Origin: a virus
Virus record (IMG/VR): IMGVR_UViG_3300027668_000010
Coordinates: 1-64,000 of that record
Reading direction: 5' to 3' (one strand)
DNA length: 64,000 nt
Below, piece by piece: positions 16,972 to 26,047 of this stretch (its first letter is position 1; each line of letters begins with the position of its first letter). The position numbers and the translations under genes were made by a program. The notes below the pieces were generated by a model. The model was not told the origin of the DNA. It saw nothing but the letters and a program-made list of their open reading frames with translations, and ran no database searches.

Positions 16972-18338
16972 TGGGGATACAACTAAATAACAATTCATTC
17001 ATATCAGTATGGAAAACAGATAATACTGGGACAAGTAATAATGACCAAATTACACTACCATTACTTAATAATTCAACTAATAATTTTATTGCAAATTGGG
17101 GGGATGGTACATCCGATACAATAACCGCATATAATGCAGCGGAAATAACACATACATACGCATCAGCTGGAACGTATACTGTTACATTGAATGGGACAAT
17201 TGGTGCATTTCATTTCAACAATGGTGGGGATAAGCTAAAAATATTAGAAATTAAACAATGGGGAAGTTCCACATTAGGAGCAACAATCCGCGGATTTTGG
17301 GGAACTAGAAATTGTGACATAACAGCTATGGATAGGCCTACCATTACAGGTATTCAATTAGAACGAGCATTCGCTCAGTCGGGAACTGATGTTGTTGGTG
17401 GAAACCCATTTCGTAATATAGGCACTTGGGATATAAAAACAATCACTAATATTAACAATGCGTTTCAGGACAATGTAAGCTTTAACGAACCACTCAATGA
17501 TTGGTATATGGATAATAAAACTAGCCTTTATCTAACATTTGAGGGGTGTGAGCGATTCAACCAACCACTTAATAAGTGGAACACCTCTAATATTACTAAC
17601 ATTAGACAGACGTTTGAAAACAATTACAAATTTAACGGAAAAGTCGATGGATGGGATACATCAAACGTAATTTACGGATATAGAGCTTTTCTGACCGCAA
17701 GGGAATTCAACCAACCACTTACCAGCTGGAGATTGCCAATTTTTAGAGAGTTAAACCATTTCTTTGCGGGATGTCAGGTGTTCAATCAACCCGTTGCTCA
17801 ATTAGCAATATCAAGTAGTTGTACGAACATGCAGAGTTGCTTTCAAACCTGTCACAAATTTAACCAACCTATTGATAATTGGATTCCATCCAATGTAACT
17901 AATACATCCTTTATGTTTAATAACGCATTGGTGTTCAATCAACCACTTAATTCGTGGGATGTTGGTTCGGTTACGACTATGTTTCTTATGTTTGAAGGTG
18001 CCGTATCATTCAATCAACCACTTAATAATTGGGATACATCCAACGTAACAAATATGGGGCGGGTATTTAGGGACGCCACCGCATTCGACCAATCATTGGC
18101 GGATTGGGATGTGAGTAATGTAACTAGTATGGCTTTAATGTTTAGTGGTGCTGCATTATCAACTGAAAACTACGATGCGACACTCATAGGGTGGGCTAAT
18201 CAAGATGTTCAATCTAACGTATCTTTTCATGGCGGGAACTCCACATATACAGGTACACCAGGGAATGATGCATCGGCATCCCGAGCTCAATTAATTAATA
18301 GTTATAGTTGGACTATCATCGATGGTGGTTCTGCATAA
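16971..18338 (+). CDS. PKD + DUF285/BspA-type repeat surface protein
   Basis: NWGDG...HTYASAGTYTV (PKD), I.QWG, and ~25-aa FNQPL..WDTSNVTNM..MF repeats, ending NYDATL.GW. Confidence 0.85.
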   Translation: MGIQLNNNSFISVWKTDNTGTSNNDQITLPLLNNSTNNFIANWGDGTSDTITAYNAAEITHTYASAGTYTVTLNGTIGAFHFNNGGDKLKILEIKQWGSSTLGATIRGFWGTRNCDITAMDRPTITGIQLERAFAQSGTDVVGGNPFRNIGTWDIKTITNINNAFQDNVSFNEPLNDWYMDNKTSLYLTFEGCERFNQPLNKWNTSNITNIRQTFENNYKFNGKVDGWDTSNVIYGYRAFLTAREFNQPLTSWRLPIFRELNHFFAGCQVFNQPVAQLAISSSCTNMQSCFQTCHKFNQPIDNWIPSNVTNTSFMFNNALVFNQPLNSWDVGSVTTMFLMFEGAVSFNQPLNNWDTSNVTNMGRVFRDATAFDQSLADWDVSNVTSMALMFSGAALSTENYDATLIGWANQDVQSNVSFHGGNSTYTGTPGNDASASRAQLINSYSWTIIDGGSA

Positions 18339-18352
18339 AAACGGAAATAAAT

Positions 18353-18580
18353 ATGGCAAATATAATAAGTAATCCAATCCAACCCATCTGGTATTTGGCA
18401 TATAACCAATCGGATGATATATGGCACTATGGTGAAGTTCAATCAAATCAAACTATGACAACCCATCAACCGATATTAGAACAATTCGAAACTGAGGAAT
18501 TATTAGAAGCTAGAGTAGATAGTTTTAAGGGTGATGGGTGGTATGCCACCGAAAATAGTATAACTGAATACCCAATATAA
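18353..18580 (+). CDS. Hypothetical protein
   Basis: ATG 18353 with CGGA upstream, preferred to the 18308 start. Confidence 0.55.
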   Translation: MANIISNPIQPIWYLAYNQSDDIWHYGEVQSNQTMTTHQPILEQFETEELLEARVDSFKGDGWYATENSITEYPI

Positions 18581-18584
18581 AATT

Positions 18585-18615
18585 GGATTATAACAATCTA
18601 CCATATTTATAATAA
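18585..18615 (+). repeat. 31-bp direct repeat copy 2 containing the late-promoter box
   Basis: ggattataacaatctaccatatttataataa. Confidence 0.85.
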
Positions 18616-18631
18616 ACAATAGGAGATATTA

Positions 18632-19786
18632 ATGGCAGTACAAATTCCAATATGGCCAGGTTCATCATCATTCTTTCCAGATATGACACCGTTTGGACAT
18701 TATGATAATGATTATGAGTTTCAGCAAGATGCAGATAAAGTATCATCTTGGTGTGCCAAACGATTGGGTTATCCAATTGTTGATATTGAATTACAAGACA
18801 TTAACTTCTATACTTGCTTTGAAGAAGCAGTTACAGAATATTCAACACAAGTCAATCAATTTAACATTAGAGAGAATCTTTTAAATTTAAAAGGCTCTCC
18901 GACTGGTTCTAACATTTCACAAACTCAACTTGATGGAAATATGGGCGGGTTAGTATCACTTGCAAAGGATTATGGTTCGGAAGTAGGTAGTGGTGGTAGA
19001 TTAACATATTATACAGGCTCATTCAGTACTGTGGCAGGTCAGCAAGTTTATGATTTAACTACATCATCAGTTGCTTCATTAGAAAGTGGTACTGCTGGAG
19101 TTGATAAATTTGAAATTAAGAAGATGTTACACGATGCACCACCTGCTATGGTAAGATACTTTGACCCATTAGCCGGTGCAGGTGTTGGTTCTGATAATCT
19201 AATGGATGCATTTGGATGGGGTAACTATTCTCCAGGCGTTTCATTTATGATGCAACCACTTTATAGCGATTTACTTAAAGTTCAAGCAATTGAGTTCAAT
19301 GATATGATTCGTAGGTCACAATATGGATTCGATATTCAAAATAATAGAATTAGAATATTCCCAATCCCAACAGTAGCATACAAAATACACTTTCATTACA
19401 TTTTAGAGGATGAACGAAGTAATGGTATTATTTCTAATTCAGTAGTATCTGATTATTCAAATGTACCTTATGATAGGATTACTTATACAAAAGTTAATCA
19501 TGTAGGAAAGCGTTGGATTCATAAATACTCATTAGCATTAGCAAAAGAAATGTTAGGTGCAGTAAGAGCTAAGTTTAGTTCAGTACCAATTCCTAACTCA
19601 GAAATAACATTAGATGGGGCTGATTTAAGAGGTGAAGCATCAGCAGAAAAAGAAATATTAATTTCAGAATTAAGAGAAAACTTAGAAGCAACTTCTCGTA
19701 AATCATTATTAGAAGCCCAAAAGGATGAATCTGAATTTATGGAATCAACTCTAAGTCGAATCCCTAGAGCTGTTTACATAGGATAA
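18632..19786 (+). CDS. Neck protein (T4 gp13-like)
   Basis: RLGYPIVDIEL, W..KY.LALAKEMLG.VR.KF, ITLDG..L..EA. Confidence 0.8.
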   Translation: MAVQIPIWPGSSSFFPDMTPFGHYDNDYEFQQDADKVSSWCAKRLGYPIVDIELQDINFYTCFEEAVTEYSTQVNQFNIRENLLNLKGSPTGSNISQTQLDGNMGGLVSLAKDYGSEVGSGGRLTYYTGSFSTVAGQQVYDLTTSSVASLESGTAGVDKFEIKKMLHDAPPAMVRYFDPLAGAGVGSDNLMDAFGWGNYSPGVSFMMQPLYSDLLKVQAIEFNDMIRRSQYGFDIQNNRIRIFPIPTVAYKIHFHYILEDERSNGIISNSVVSDYSNVPYDRITYTKVNHVGKRWIHKYSLALAKEMLGAVRAKFSSVPIPNSEITLDGADLRGEASAEKEILISELRENLEATSRKSLLEAQKDESEFMESTLSRIPRAVYIG

Positions 19787-19790
19787 TAAT

Positions 19791-20318
19791 ATGGCACTAT
19801 TTGGTGGAAGCAGAGATGCTAGTTTATTTAGAAAGGTTAATAAGGAACTTATCAATGATATTATTGATACAGAGGTTTATTATTATAAATTAGTAATCGA
19901 TGAGACTAGTGTAAATGTATATGGTGAAGGTAAGGTTAAATCTTATTACAGTCCTGTAAAACTACCATGTATAATAGATAGAGCAGATAGAACTCAAATA
20001 TTCGATGAATTTGGTACTGATTACACTAGAATAGTAAGTTTTTTCTTTTTAAGAGATACATTAGTTGATAGTAATTTATATCCCCAAATAGGTGATGTAA
20101 TTGAGTGGGATTCAGAACAGCATGTTGTGGATAGTACAACCGAAAATCAATACTTTGCAGGAAAGAATCCTGAAACTTGGGATGGTGGTGATACACAAGG
20201 TTATAACCTATCAATAAAGCTTGAAACTCATGTAGCTAAAAAATCTCAATTAAATTTGAGAGATGATTATAGAGTTGGTATAAACAGAGATAACAATGAT
20301 TTACCAATAGGAATATAA
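19791..20318 (+). CDS. Neck/head-completion protein (gp14-like)
   Basis: NVYGE...K.Y, FG, P.IGDVI; synteny after gp13. Confidence 0.65.
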   Translation: MALFGGSRDASLFRKVNKELINDIIDTEVYYYKLVIDETSVNVYGEGKVKSYYSPVKLPCIIDRADRTQIFDEFGTDYTRIVSFFFLRDTLVDSNLYPQIGDVIEWDSEQHVVDSTTENQYFAGKNPETWDGGDTQGYNLSIKLETHVAKKSQLNLRDDYRVGINRDNNDLPIGI

Positions 20319-20319
20319 T

Positions 20320-21123
20320 ATGGCATACAAATACAGAAACGATAGAGATGAGAAGGTAGATTTGAAAAGAACACAAAGTTCATTTTCAGATGACCCCATA
20401 TTGAATAAAGCCAAACAAGTATCTCGAAGAACTGATGATGTTAAGATGCCATCCGTTGGTATCTATGATATTGATTTAGCTTTTAAAGATTTCTTAGAGA
20501 TTAACGTAAAACCTACTATTAAAGAGAACGGAAAGTTTATTCCTGTTCCTGTAATGTATTCAACTCCTGAAAATTGGGCATCTGCACAACGTGATGGGTT
20601 TATGAAAGATAGTAGTGGTAAGATTATAGCACCATTAATTACATTCAAACGAAATTCATTGGAAGTTAATACTGAATATGCTAAATTAAAAGTTTTAACT
20701 GATGATGATACTTCAAGAACGTTTACTAAGAAATATACGCAAGAAAACAAATACGATTCATTCTCTGAATTAATAGGACAATCGCCTGTACAAGAAAACT
20801 ACATTATAGATACACCTGATTATGTGAATATATCATATGATGTTATTGTATGGTGTGATTATATGGAAGATTTGAATAAAGTAGTTGAACAAATAATCTA
20901 TTTCAATGGTGGTTCATTCGGCCAACGATATAAATTCCAAATCAAAGGTGATTCTTACTCATTTGAAACTACCAATGGTGTTGGTGAAGAGAGAGTTGTA
21001 CGAAGTAACGTAACACTTACAGCTAAAGCATATTTAATTCCAGAACACAAAGGAAATACTGTAAATGCTCAAAAAGCATTCGGAGTTTCAAAAATTGTTT
21101 GGAATACTAAACTTTCTAAATAA
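20320..21123 (+). CDS. Tail sheath stabiliser/terminator (gp15-like)
   Basis: VPVMY..PE.W, P.I...R, P.YV.ISY....W, ..EQI; synteny before sheath. Confidence 0.65.
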   Translation: MAYKYRNDRDEKVDLKRTQSSFSDDPILNKAKQVSRRTDDVKMPSVGIYDIDLAFKDFLEINVKPTIKENGKFIPVPVMYSTPENWASAQRDGFMKDSSGKIIAPLITFKRNSLEVNTEYAKLKVLTDDDTSRTFTKKYTQENKYDSFSELIGQSPVQENYIIDTPDYVNISYDVIVWCDYMEDLNKVVEQIIYFNGGSFGQRYKFQIKGDSYSFETTNGVGEERVVRSNVTLTAKAYLIPEHKGNTVNAQKAFGVSKIVWNTKLSK

Positions 21124-21170
21124 ATAATCATATTTATATACGATAGTAATAAATTAAAATACAAAATGTT

Positions 21171-21470
21171 ATGGCAGAAATAAAACAAGTTACAGAAAAG
21201 CAAGTAATTAAGTTTCAAGAAGAAGAAATAAAGAAAATACACAAATTTAGAGATGATTATTCAGATATTACCGCTAAATTAGGTGAATTAGAGATTGAAT
21301 TGTTAGTTTTAGCTAACCAAAACAATCAGTTGATGACTTATAAAGAAGAACTTCAACAATCATATATAAAAATAAGAGAAAGTGAAATGACACTAGCAGC
21401 AGACTTAAAAGAAAAGTATGGTGATGGTGAATTTGATATAAATACAGGTATTTTTACACCGAAACAATAA
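21171..21470 (+). CDS. Hypothetical coiled-coil protein
   Basis: LGELE...L.EKYG.G..DI.TG.F; preceded by late box 21130-21138. Confidence 0.6.
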   Translation: MAEIKQVTEKQVIKFQEEEIKKIHKFRDDYSDITAKLGELEIELLVLANQNNQLMTYKEELQQSYIKIRESEMTLAADLKEKYGDGEFDINTGIFTPKQ

Positions 21471-21540
21471 CTATCACCGTTTCCAATTTTTAGAAGTATT
21501 TATTAGTATATAAACAATAAGAAATTAATAGGAGAATAAA

Positions 21541-23928
21541 ATGGCAGAAAGAATAGTAAGTCCTGGAGTATTTACCAGAGAAAAGGACTTGTCGTTTCTA
21601 CCCCAAGGAATTGGTGAAATTGGTGCAGCATTAATAGGGTCAACTGTAAAAGGACCTGCGTTTGTACCAACGACCGTACAATCGTATCAAGAGTTTCAAC
21701 AAGTATTCGGAGGATTGACAGAAGATTCATACCTACCTTATACTGCACAAGCTTATTTAGAAGATGCAGGTACAGCAACAATCGTTAGGGTATTGGGACA
21801 AGATGGGTATACTTTAGAAAACCCAATAGCATTACAAATTTCATCATCAGCGCTTGGTATTAAAACTGTAGCAGTATTACACCCAACAACGGCTGTAACA
21901 TCTGATGTTGATGTATTTAGTGGACCACTACCTGTATCTGAAAACACAGGTTCGGAGTTTTTATTAACAATTACAGGTTCAACTGTAACAGGAAAGGTAT
22001 TTTCCTCTTCATTAAATCCAACAAACGATAACTACATAACTAAAGCATTAGGATTCTCCCCAAGAGGTTCTGAAAACGCATATCTTTTATCAAACTTTAA
22101 AATATTTCAATCAGAATCAATCGCAACAGGCGAAACTGTAGCAGTAACTGCAGTAACCAGTTCTGATATTGATTATACTAAAGCATACACAGAAGCTGCA
22201 ACACCATTTATTACATCTCAAAAAGTTGGTGGAAACACTACTAATTTGTTTAAGTTCCATACATTATCACATGGTACTGCTACAAACTATGAGTTTAAAA
22301 TTGGTATTCAAGATATTAAAATAGCAGGTTCAGTACCTGGCTCTGAATATGGTTCATTTACAGTAGTTGTACGAAGAGTTGACCAGGACAAAATTGTTGG
22401 TTCACCATTCGTAGGAGTAGTTGATTCGGATATCAGACCAAATTTAGTTGAAACGTTTCAAGGATGTAACTTAAACCCTGATTCTCCAAACTATATAGCT
22501 AGAGTAATTGGTGACAAATATATTACAGTTGATGCAAATGGTAAATTATCAACAAATGGTGATTATAACAACCTATCAGCAAATATTAGAGTTGAAGTAG
22601 CTACCGCAGTTGGTAATGGTGCAGTTGATGTATCATTAGTACCATTCGGATTCGCAGCATTGCAAAATCCTTACGGAACAGCATTTACATTACCAAATCC
22701 AGCATTTGTAGCAAATCAACAAATCAATAGTTCATATAACGCTAAAAAGTTTTTTGGATTTAATTTTGATTTATCTAAAACGGATAACGTAAATTATTTA
22801 TCAGTATTTCCTGATTCCGCAACAGCAACAGCTGGAACGGCATTTTACTTAGGTGATTATAACCAAGAAAGTGGAGCTAATTTCCCATCATCTGCAGCTG
22901 CAAATAGTGGTTCTATTTCATTATCAGATGTAACTACATCAGTTAACTCTCGTAAATTTATAGTACCATTTCAAGGTGGTTTTGATGGATTCAAACCAAA
23001 TAGAATTGTAAGTACTACTGGTGATATTACTGCTGGAAATACGCAAGGATATGATTGTTCATCAAATACAGCGACTGGAACGGTAGCATTTAGAAAAGCT
23101 ATTAACTCAGTATCTAATCCTGATGAATTTGATATTAATATGTTAGTATTGCCAGGGTTAATCCACAGATTACATTCATCTGTTACTACATTCGCTAAAG
23201 ATATGTGTGAAGACAGACAGGATGCATTCTTTATAATGGATGCTGGAGCATACGCTGATTCAATATCAACAATTGTAAACACAGTTCAACCATTTGATTC
23301 AAATTATGTAGCATCTTATCACCCATGGGTTAAGATACTAAATTCAGATAAAAACAAACCTGTATGGGTTCCACCATCTGTAGTTCTACCGGGTGTTATT
23401 GCATTTAACGATTCAGTAGCAGCCGAATGGTTCGCACCAGCTGGTTTAAATCGTGGTGGATTAACTAACGTTATTGAAGCTAAGAGTAGATTGACTAGAG
23501 TTGAGAGAGATGCACTTTACGAAGGTAGAGTAAATCCTATCGCAACGTTCCCTGGTCAAGGAGTTACTGTATTTGGACAAAAAACCTTACAAGCTAAACC
23601 ATCCGCATTGGATAGAATTAATGTAAGAAGATTATTAATCGCAGTTAAGAAGTTTATCGCATCTTCAACTCGTTACTTAGTATTTGAAAATAATACAGCA
23701 GCGACACGAAATCGTTTCTTATCAATCGTAAATCCTTATTTGGAATCAATCCAACAAAGACAAGGTTTATTCGCATTTAGAGTAGTTATGGATGATACCA
23801 ACAACACTCCTGATGTAATTGATAGAAACATTATGGTAGGTGAGATTTTCTTACAACCTGCAAAAACAGCAGAATTCATTGTACTTGATTTCAACGTACT
23901 ACCGACTGGCGCTGCATTCCCATCTTAA
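21541..23928 (+). CDS. Contractile tail sheath protein (gp18-like)
   Basis: SPGVFTREKDLS, WFAPAGLNRG, RD.LY..RVNPI, FGQKTLQ, LDRINVRRL, LVFE.N. Confidence 0.96.
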   Translation: MAERIVSPGVFTREKDLSFLPQGIGEIGAALIGSTVKGPAFVPTTVQSYQEFQQVFGGLTEDSYLPYTAQAYLEDAGTATIVRVLGQDGYTLENPIALQISSSALGIKTVAVLHPTTAVTSDVDVFSGPLPVSENTGSEFLLTITGSTVTGKVFSSSLNPTNDNYITKALGFSPRGSENAYLLSNFKIFQSESIATGETVAVTAVTSSDIDYTKAYTEAATPFITSQKVGGNTTNLFKFHTLSHGTATNYEFKIGIQDIKIAGSVPGSEYGSFTVVVRRVDQDKIVGSPFVGVVDSDIRPNLVETFQGCNLNPDSPNYIARVIGDKYITVDANGKLSTNGDYNNLSANIRVEVATAVGNGAVDVSLVPFGFAALQNPYGTAFTLPNPAFVANQQINSSYNAKKFFGFNFDLSKTDNVNYLSVFPDSATATAGTAFYLGDYNQESGANFPSSAAANSGSISLSDVTTSVNSRKFIVPFQGGFDGFKPNRIVSTTGDITAGNTQGYDCSSNTATGTVAFRKAINSVSNPDEFDINMLVLPGLIHRLHSSVTTFAKDMCEDRQDAFFIMDAGAYADSISTIVNTVQPFDSNYVASYHPWVKILNSDKNKPVWVPPSVVLPGVIAFNDSVAAEWFAPAGLNRGGLTNVIEAKSRLTRVERDALYEGRVNPIATFPGQGVTVFGQKTLQAKPSALDRINVRRLLIAVKKFIASSTRYLVFENNTAATRNRFLSIVNPYLESIQQRQGLFAFRVVMDDTNNTPDVIDRNIMVGEIFLQPAKTAEFIVLDFNVLPTGAAFPS

Positions 23929-23933
23929 ATTAA

Positions 23934-23973
23934 AGATTAGTTCCCCATTTCGGTGGGGAACTTCATCTTTTTT
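23934..23973 (+). terminator. Intrinsic terminator after sheath
   Basis: GTTCCCCA-tttcgg-TGGGGAAC then T-tract. Confidence 0.85.
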
Positions 23974-24029
23974 AAAAAGTTGGATATTTATAGTAAAGAA
24001 ATAAAGTTGAATAACAACGGAGAAATTAA

Positions 24030-24518
24030 ATGGCACAATTATTAGACCCAACAGAAGTAATGTTTACATCGTTCGAACCAAAAATGTCGAATCGATTTAT
24101 TATGTATATAGAGGGAATCCCAGCATACTTAGTAAAAGCAGCAGGTAGACCAGAAATAACAAACGGTAAAGTCACTATCGACCACATTAACGTTAAAAGA
24201 TATGTAAAAGGTAGAAGTGAGTGGAGTGATTTAACAATTACACTATATGACCCAGTAGTTCCTTCAGCAGCACAAGCAGCTATGGAATGGGTAAGATTAC
24301 ACCATGAATCTGTAACAGGACGAGATGGATACTCTGATTTCTACAAAAAAGATATCACATTTAACAGTTTGGGTCCTGTTGGTGATAAAGTAGAAGAGTG
24401 GAAACTAAAAGGTGCATTTATTCAATCAGCAAAATTCTCAGATATGGATTATACTGGAGAAGATATCGCAACTGTAGATTTAACACTTACATTTGATTAC
24501 GCAATACTAAATTTCTAA
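24030..24518 (+). CDS. Tail tube protein (gp19-like)
   Basis: FEPKMSNRF, W.D.TITLYDP, EW, YKKD, EEW.LKGAF; follows sheath. Confidence 0.92.
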   Translation: MAQLLDPTEVMFTSFEPKMSNRFIMYIEGIPAYLVKAAGRPEITNGKVTIDHINVKRYVKGRSEWSDLTITLYDPVVPSAAQAAMEWVRLHHESVTGRDGYSDFYKKDITFNSLGPVGDKVEEWKLKGAFIQSAKFSDMDYTGEDIATVDLTLTFDYAILNF

Positions 24519-24550
24519 TTCAGAATTACCGAATTATTAATAAAATTTAT

Positions 24551-24580
24551 AACCCTACCAGAGATGGTGGGGTTTTTTGT
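24551..24580 (+). terminator. Intrinsic terminator after tube
   Basis: AACCCTACCA-gaga-TGGTGGGGTT then T-tract. Confidence 0.85.
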
Positions 24581-24640
24581 TTATAAAGTATTTTTTTCAT
24601 ATTTATATACGAACAAAGTTATAAAAACGGAGATTACTAT

Positions 24641-25525
24641 ATGAGTGAAAAACTACAAGATGATTATTCATCAAAGCCCATGTCTAATTCAGATATGGTG
24701 GAACTCGCAAAGCAACAACATGCACAAACGCAAGTTTCAGATTACAAATTCCCAACAGAAATAATTGAATTACCTTCAAATGGGTTGGTTTATCCAAAAG
24801 ATAATCCATTATCATCAGGAAAGATAGAATTAAAATATATGACTGCCAGAGAGGAAGATATCCTTACAACACAGTCATACATTAAAGATGGTAGTGTATT
24901 GGATAGATTATTTCAAGCACTAATTATATCGAATGGTGATGGATTGCCAATCAAATACGTTGATTTAGTAACAGGCGATAAAAACGCAATTATGATAGCA
25001 TCGCGTGTTTTAGGTTATGGTAAAGATTACGAAGTTGAAATCGATGACCCTACCACATCAAACATAACTCAGAAAGATATAATTGATTTAACTCAATTTG
25101 AAAACAAAGGGTATGATGGTTCAGGCCAAACTGAATTAAACAAAAACGAATACGAATTTGAATTACCCCGCTCTAAGAGAATGGTAACATTTCAAGCACT
25201 AACTGAAAGTAAAGAACGTAAGATTAAACATCAGTTAGAAGAAAGTAAAAAAGCACGTAAGAAATTAAAAGATGAAACCTCTAAAGATTTAACAACTCGA
25301 TTAAAAAATATGATTTTATCAGTTGATGGTGAATACGACCAAAAGATAATCACTAATTTTGTGGATAATGAGTTATTCGCAGTAGATTCAAAGGCTTTAA
25401 GAACGCATATAAGTGAAGTTACACCTGATATAGATTTAACATGGGAATTTGTATCAGATGAGACTGGTGAAAGGAGGAATATGCTACTGCCTATGGAGGC
25501 CGGGTTTTTTTGGCCTAAGTCTTAA
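24641..25525 (+). CDS. Baseplate hub/tail assembly protein (gp26-like)
   Basis: IELPSNG..YP, KYMTAREEDIL, GDKNAIMI.SR..GYG, ends FFWP. Confidence 0.8.
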   Translation: MSEKLQDDYSSKPMSNSDMVELAKQQHAQTQVSDYKFPTEIIELPSNGLVYPKDNPLSSGKIELKYMTAREEDILTTQSYIKDGSVLDRLFQALIISNGDGLPIKYVDLVTGDKNAIMIASRVLGYGKDYEVEIDDPTTSNITQKDIIDLTQFENKGYDGSGQTELNKNEYEFELPRSKRMVTFQALTESKERKIKHQLEESKKARKKLKDETSKDLTTRLKNMILSVDGEYDQKIITNFVDNELFAVDSKALRTHISEVTPDIDLTWEFVSDETGERRNMLLPMEAGFFWPKS

Positions 25526-25715
25526 CTACCGAAAGCAGTTGCATTCCCAAATATTTGATTTAATCTATCATGGTAATGGTGGATTTACATTTACAGATGT
25601 ATATAACCTACCCGTTTGGTCTAGGAAATTCTACATCAGTAAAATAATAGAATTTAAAAAAGAAGAACAGAAGCAACATGATACAGCTATGAAAAAAGCT
25701 AAATCAAAAAGATAA
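25503..25715 (+). CDS. gp51-like extension, probably reached by frameshift from the gp26-like ORF
   Basis: QIFDLIYHGNGGFTFTDVYNLPVWSRKFYI in the +1 frame, overlapping GGG TTT TTT T; no SD-backed start. Confidence 0.6.
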   Translation, partial: GFFGLSLNYRKQLHSQIFDLIYHGNGGFTFTDVYNLPVWSRKFYISKIIEFKKEEQKQHDTAMKKAKSKR

Positions 25716-25718
25716 TAG

Positions 25719-25745
25719 GATACCCAACAGAAATGTTGGGTATTT
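25719..25745 (+). terminator. Hairpin (possible terminator)
   Basis: TACCCAACA-gaaa-TGTTGGGTA then short T-run. Confidence 0.6.
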
Positions 25746-25783
25746 ACATATTTATAGATAAGTAACTTAATAAGGAATCTATT

Positions 25784-26023
25784 ATGGCAAAAATAAAACT
25801 ATCAACTGTTAAGGAAATCTTTAATGAACTAGAGGTTAGTGAGGGTTTATTTGATATTTTTAAAAGTAAACGGAGTAAGTTAAAAAATACATTAGATAAT
25901 GTTAAATCTCAAATAGATGATTTAATAAAATCAGCACCAACTACTAAAGATAAAGAAGATTTAGCCGCATTAGTAAAAGCGTTTAGAGCAGTTGAAGCAC
26001 AAAAAAGAAAAATGGGTAGATAG
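25784..26023 (+). CDS. Hypothetical protein
   Basis: Late box 25748-25756 and TAAGGA SD; VSEG motif. Confidence 0.6.
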   Translation: MAKIKLSTVKEIFNELEVSEGLFDIFKSKRSKLKNTLDNVKSQIDDLIKSAPTTKDKEDLAALVKAFRAVEAQKRKMGR

Positions 26024-26047
26024 ATTATTTAATTCGGTATAATTGCA

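Noticed and set aside
11179-18338. Diversity-generating retroelement or shufflon acting on the adhesins
   Set aside because: No reverse transcriptase, adenine-specific TR/VR pair, invertase or inverted cassette in this window
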